A stretch of DNA of 64,000 bases from Minisyncoccota bacterium (GTDB lineage: Bacteria; Patescibacteriota; Minisyncoccia; Phycocordibacterales; UBA918), in contig JBDNIW010000003.1 of assembly GCA_041688155.1 (NCBI GenBank), positions 5,555-69,554 on the forward strand. Direction: 5' to 3'. The position numbers and the translations under genes were made by a program. The notes under the pieces were generated by a model. It saw nothing but the letters and a program-made list of their open reading frames with translations. It was not told where the DNA came from and ran no database searches. The first letter of the stretch is position 1. Each line of letters starts with the position of its first letter. Shown here one piece after another: positions 59,896-64,000 of this stretch.

Positions 59896-59929
59896 CCGAT
59901 ACACAACATGATTGTGTATCGGTTTTTTT
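59896..59929 (+). terminator. strong intrinsic terminator
   Basis: CCGATACACAA-catga-TTGTGTATCGG-TTTTTTT. Confidence 0.8.
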
Positions 59930-60085
59930 ATACTGAGTAGTACTTTAGAGCATTCCAGGAATCGCCGGCGGGCTAGAGCCGCCGATTCGGAGTTAAATTC
60001 AAAACAATCGCTATGCTCATTTTTTCATTTTTCCTTGCCTTTTTCACACAATTTGCTATAGTTCTGGCCACTAATACAAATATCT

Positions 60086-60475
60086 ATGGTAGTACGAATG
60101 CGACATACGCGGGCTCACACCGCAAACAGACGATCTCATCACGCGCTTGAAGCGCCGACGCTAGCGACCTGCGCTAACTGCGGATCACATCACCGACCAC
60201 ATCACATGTGTCAGGCTTGTGGATTCTACAAAGGCCGCTTGGTGATTGATATGCAAGCCAAAACCGAAGCCCGAACGGCCCGGATAACTGCTAAAAAGGA
60301 AGCTATCAAAGGACAGCAAGCCACTGAGGAAGTAGAAAATGTCGCCGACGCGGCTCCAGGAACCGGTTCAGAAGTAACGCCAGACCAAATCCCTGCTGGC
60401 AAAGGGGCAGCCATCGCCGCTCCAGAGATGGCCAAAGAAAAGCACTCAACTCCGCGCAAAGAACAGGCCGCTTAA
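60086..60475 (+). CDS. rpmF: 50S ribosomal protein L32 with ~70-aa C-terminal extension
   Basis: RRSHHALEA...CANCGSHHRPHHMCQACGFYKGR then Ala/Lys-rich tail. Confidence 0.8.
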   Translation: MVVRMRHTRAHTANRRSHHALEAPTLATCANCGSHHRPHHMCQACGFYKGRLVIDMQAKTEARTARITAKKEAIKGQQATEEVENVADAAPGTGSEVTPDQIPAGKGAAIAAPEMAKEKHSTPRKEQAA

Positions 60476-60561
60476 TCCCCATCAGTACCGCTGCTTGCGG
60501 TACTTTTGTTCCGTATCCCTGGTATACTAGTAAGCAGTAATAGTTTAGTACATTTTAAGTC

Positions 60562-61464
60562 ATGGCCAATCGACACTTATCGCGCAGCATTGTTCTCCAG
60601 TCACTCTTTGAGTGGGATTTGAACGGATTAGAAAAACGGGCCGTGCACGATGTACTCGAGCGCAACGTAGCTGAATTTGCACCAAACAAAACCGACACGC
60701 CATTTATGACCAAGCTGCTCGACGGCGTGATGGGCAAACAAACCGAGATAGACCTCGTTATCGAAAAAGCTGCCCCTGAGTGGCCGATTGATCGCATCTC
60801 ACCAGTTGATCGCAACATTTTACGTTTGGGTTTATTTGAACTCCTATTCGCCGACCGGTCAGAAGTCCCGGCCAAGGTTGCCATTAACGAAGCTATCGAG
60901 CTCGCCAAACAGTTTGGCGGCGACAACAGTAGTCGGTTTGTCAACGGTGTACTCGGAGCAGTGTACAAAGAAATCGGTGAACCAGGTAAAGACGAGCAGG
61001 GCAATAAACGTAAAAAACAAGTGTCTTTTGAAGACATGCCCATCCAGCGTTTGTCAGGTGCGGTGGTGTACGCCGAGCACGAAGGCCAGATGTACCTAGC
61101 GCTAGTACACGACATATTTGGACACTGGACCCTCAGTAAGGGTAAAATCGAAGCGGGAGAAACTGTCGAAGACGGTGCTAAGCGTGAGCTCAAAGAAGAG
61201 ATCGGCCTAGACATCACTATCGAAGCTGAGCTCGGCAACAACGAATACGTTGCCAGTAACCCAGAGTTGGGCAAAGTCCGCAAACAAGTCCACTACTACC
61301 TCGCGCAGGCAGAGTACACCGAACTAGTCCTCGAGCAAAAAGGCGGTCTCGACGACGCCAAATGGTTCAAAGTAGCCGAAATCCTCGATCTTAATTTCTA
61401 CGAAGACATTTTACCGATTGTCACCAAAGCCATCACTATGCTAGTTGGCAGGAGTGGTAAATAA
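60562..61464 (+). CDS. nusB: NusB antitermination factor fused to a C-terminal NUDIX hydrolase domain
   Basis: NusB core (aa 1-140: ...VDRNILRLGLFELLF..KVAINEAIELAKQFGG..SSRFVNGVLG) plus Nudix box GKIEAGETVEDGAKRELKEEIGL in one 300-aa ORF. Confidence 0.8.
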   Translation: MANRHLSRSIVLQSLFEWDLNGLEKRAVHDVLERNVAEFAPNKTDTPFMTKLLDGVMGKQTEIDLVIEKAAPEWPIDRISPVDRNILRLGLFELLFADRSEVPAKVAINEAIELAKQFGGDNSSRFVNGVLGAVYKEIGEPGKDEQGNKRKKQVSFEDMPIQRLSGAVVYAEHEGQMYLALVHDIFGHWTLSKGKIEAGETVEDGAKRELKEEIGLDITIEAELGNNEYVASNPELGKVRKQVHYYLAQAEYTELVLEQKGGLDDAKWFKVAEILDLNFYEDILPIVTKAITMLVGRSGK

Positions 61465-61497
61465 TGCTATCTTCCAACTACCTATCGTTATCCAGTT

Positions 61498-62211
61498 ATG
61501 GCCGAGTACGAACCAAATCCAGATTTACAAAAATTACAGACTATCATTGGGGCCCAATTCTTGGACCTCGATTTGTTGCGCTCAGCCATCACGCACCGGT
61601 CATATTTGAATGAGCACAAAGAAGCAACTTGGGATCACAACGAACGCCTCGAGTTTCTGGGGGATGCTGTGCTCGAACTAGTGGTGACTGATTTTCTTTA
61701 CAAAAAGTACCCCGAAAAACCAGAAGGCGAACTCACCGCCGTGCGGGCGGCGCTCGTGAACACCGTCTCGCTCTCAGCGGCGTCGGAAAAACTGGGGGTC
61801 AATGAGTTTTTGCTGATGAGCAAAGGCGAGGCTAAAGACGTCGGTCGGGCCCGGCAGTACATCCTCGCAAATATATTTGAAGCGTGTATCGGTGCGTTGT
61901 ACATGGATCAGGGCTACGACGTGGCGCAGACATTTATCGCCACCAACCTGTTCCCTAAAACCGATGAGATTGTCAACAAACGCCTCTGGCAAGACGCCAA
62001 AAGCCGGTTCCAAGAACTGGGTCAAGAGCACCACAGCGTGACGCCAACCTACGAAACCGTCGCCCAGGAAGGACCCGATCACGACCGCGTGTTTACCGTC
62101 GGGGTGTTCCTGCGCAAAGAACAAATCGCCGTCGGAACCGGCCGCTCCAAACAAGAAGCCGAGCAGGCTGCTGCCGAAGCCGCGATGAAACAGAAAGGTT
62201 GGGACAACTAG
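61498..62211 (+). CDS. rnc: ribonuclease III
   Basis: ERLEFLGDAVLELVVTDFLY, dsRBD C-terminus. Confidence 0.9.
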   Translation: MAEYEPNPDLQKLQTIIGAQFLDLDLLRSAITHRSYLNEHKEATWDHNERLEFLGDAVLELVVTDFLYKKYPEKPEGELTAVRAALVNTVSLSAASEKLGVNEFLLMSKGEAKDVGRARQYILANIFEACIGALYMDQGYDVAQTFIATNLFPKTDEIVNKRLWQDAKSRFQELGQEHHSVTPTYETVAQEGPDHDRVFTVGVFLRKEQIAVGTGRSKQEAEQAAAEAAMKQKGWDN

Positions 62212-62228
62212 CGTGCTAGAATAATTGC

Positions 62229-62747
62229 ATGCAATCAGCTCGTCAAGGATTCACACTCATCGAAATACTGGTGGTCATTTCGCTTATTGGGATTCTAGCC
62301 TCGATAGTCGTTTTTTCAGGAAGTGAAGCCCGACAGGGGGCTGCTCTCACCAAAGAAGCAGCGACCCTAGAGCAGTTGAACCTGGCGATGAAATTGTACC
62401 GAGAAACCACGGGGCACTATCCGCCTAGTGTAGACAACTGTTCGATATGTAGGCTGCGCCCTGGTAGTAGTTATAACTATCCCCAAGCGCAAACTCGTTG
62501 GCAGTCGGTAGTCGCAGCACTCGCGCCAGACTATATTGGTAGCTCGATTAGTGCCGATGCCTGGGGCAACCCCTATGCGTACGATAACAATTATCGGTTT
62601 GCCAACTCTAGTTTATACACCATTCTATGCAGTATGGGGCCAGATGGTGTGCTGCAGACGTTTTTGCCGGCTAATCAATCTGACTACGTGTTGACTCAGC
62701 CCGATCCACCGGTGCGGGGTGATGATATTTGTTTATTTATATTATAA
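62229..62747 (+). CDS. type IV pilin / pseudopilin
   Basis: Class III signal ...RQGFTLIEILVVISLIGILA; leaderless (-10 TAGAAT 6 nt upstream). Confidence 0.8.
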   Translation: MQSARQGFTLIEILVVISLIGILASIVVFSGSEARQGAALTKEAATLEQLNLAMKLYRETTGHYPPSVDNCSICRLRPGSSYNYPQAQTRWQSVVAALAPDYIGSSISADAWGNPYAYDNNYRFANSSLYTILCSMGPDGVLQTFLPANQSDYVLTQPDPPVRGDDICLFIL

Positions 62748-62754
62748 TTATTAT

Positions 62755-63462
62755 ATGTTACGGGTGCCAATCAATCGGTTGTCTGGATTCACCTTATTGG
62801 AGGTGATGGTGACAGTGACTATCGTTGCTATTTTGACAACGGTGGTAGTTACTAGTTTTGGCACGGCCCGAGAACAGGCCCGTGATGCGCAGCGAAAAAC
62901 TGATTTGCGTACTGTCGAGGCTGCGCTAGCGTTATATAAGAACAAGTACGGCAGGTACCCGGCGGCCTGCAATGGCCCGACTACAGGTAGCACACCAGAA
63001 TTTTCAGGACAGGTCGGAACCGCCCATGTCTGCCCCTTAGACAGTGTTCAATATATCGTTGGACTGGCACCAGAATTTATGCCAAAACTGCCGGTTGACT
63101 TGAAATTAAACGGGGATGATTCAGGGTTTGTGTATGCAGTAAATACTGAAGGATCGGTCTACAAATTTATGGCCCTCAATACGGTCGAAACTGAGGTAGT
63201 GGGGCTAGGGGACGAATTCTCGCGCTGTGACCCTAGTTGGCTCTTAGGTACTGGTTCGACGTCTTACCAAGACCCTGGGCTCTGTCGACGCACACCAACT
63301 GCCGCGGGAGGTGCAGGGTCTAATCCAACTGTAGTCTGTGCCAATGCTATACGCTACGAAACATCATATGCTGTTTCAGCAGGCTTTTCTTCAGACAGTC
63401 GCGGGTCGACTAATCCAGATCGCGGTCAGGAATATGATACAGAGATTATCCGCTGTGGCTAA
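62755..63462 (+). CDS. type IV pilin / pseudopilin
   Basis: ...SGFTLLEVMVTVTIVAILTTVV; C-terminal Cys pair. Confidence 0.75.
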   Translation: MLRVPINRLSGFTLLEVMVTVTIVAILTTVVVTSFGTAREQARDAQRKTDLRTVEAALALYKNKYGRYPAACNGPTTGSTPEFSGQVGTAHVCPLDSVQYIVGLAPEFMPKLPVDLKLNGDDSGFVYAVNTEGSVYKFMALNTVETEVVGLGDEFSRCDPSWLLGTGSTSYQDPGLCRRTPTAAGGAGSNPTVVCANAIRYETSYAVSAGFSSDSRGSTNPDRGQEYDTEIIRCG

Positions 63463-63512
63463 GGGATAACTGACGTCGTCCAACTTGATTTCAGTGGTAG
63501 TATCTATATATT

Positions 63513-64000
63513 ATGTTTGCCCGTCGCGGATTTACCCTCATTGAAGTCCTAGTGACTATTTCCATCATTGCTATTTTGGCGAGTATTATTTACGTGAGTT
63601 TTGGAGAAGCCAGAGAAAACGCCCGCAACAAAGCTTTGACAGTTGAGCTAAAAGAGGTGCAGCTAGCACTCGAGACATACCGCGCGCAAAAAGGTTTTTT
63701 CCCGCTACCAGCTGCACCCTGTCAGGTGACAGGGGCTGGCGAACTGTATGCTACTGACAACTGCAGTACTCCCTACATTTCAAACCTGATGCCAGAATTT
63801 ATTTCGACTTTGCCTAGTAGTGCTGATTCCGGTAACGATAATTGTGCCATCGAGTATCGCACCGACACAATTGGGAGTTGGTTTAAATTAACCGCGATCA
63901 ACTGCCTGTCTGGTGTCGATGCGACCACCGGTGCAGGTCCAAACAAACCGCTTGCTCGATGTTCCAATATATGTAGTCCAGTTGGTAGGTGTAATCCAGT
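63513..64000 (+). CDS. type IV pilin / pseudopilin (3'-truncated by window edge)
   Basis: MFARRGFTLIEVLVTISIIAILASII; open to end of window. Confidence 0.75.
   Translation, partial: MFARRGFTLIEVLVTISIIAILASIIYVSFGEARENARNKALTVELKEVQLALETYRAQKGFFPLPAAPCQVTGAGELYATDNCSTPYISNLMPEFISTLPSSADSGNDNCAIEYRTDTIGSWFKLTAINCLSGVDATTGAGPNKPLARCSNICSPVGRCNP

Overview
This 64 kb window reads as a streamlined, Gram-positive-like bacterial genome of about 55% GC. Several traits fit a Candidate-Phyla-Radiation/Saccharibacteria-like organism: a split transketolase, N-terminally truncated PheS and PheT, three tandem type IV pilin genes, a sortase, no LPS genes, and many genes starting 6-10 nt after an extended -10 box (TGnTATACT), which implies leaderless mRNAs. 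The lineage call is inference only.

Housekeeping genes: murB, secA, obg, gatB, gap, rpiB, rpe, split tkt, rplY, rpmE, prfA, rpsB, tsf, an ABC exporter, tRNA-Thr(UGU), pheS, pheT, gyrB, thrS, dnaE, rnhB, rpmF, a NusB-NUDIX fusion, and rnc.

Accessory content:
1. A glycan-synthesis cluster at 184-11732 with five GT1 glycosyltransferases, three SAM methyltransferases, an AsnB-like amidotransferase and a Wzx-type flippase. Its 3' half (about 5.1-12.0 kb) is a low-GC island of about 35% GC that contains a methyltransferase pseudogene.
2. A BrnT/BrnA toxin-antitoxin cassette bracketed by 68-70 bp direct repeats that duplicate the 3' end plus terminator of the upstream gene.
3. A candidate ~96-nt sRNA with its own promoter and terminator.
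4. A Wzy_C (O-antigen-ligase/PglL-like) TPR protein in an organism with no apparent LPS.
5. A tandem pair of paralogous HTH-plus-transmembrane proteins.
6. A processive GT2 (QxxRW) synthase.
7. A sortase next to an ~860-aa surface protein with Ig-like repeats, many N-x-S/T sequons, and an internal VPYTG-TM-tail motif followed by a 260-aa cytoplasmic domain.
8. A compositionally distinct two-gene insert (a lipoprotein plus a Tat-signal protein) driven by a textbook sigma70 promoter and Shine-Dalgarno sites.
9. A candidate T-box leader upstream of thrS.
10. A RelE/ParE-type toxin-antitoxin pair in a low-GC islet between thrS and dnaE.

No CRISPR arrays or rRNA genes were found.
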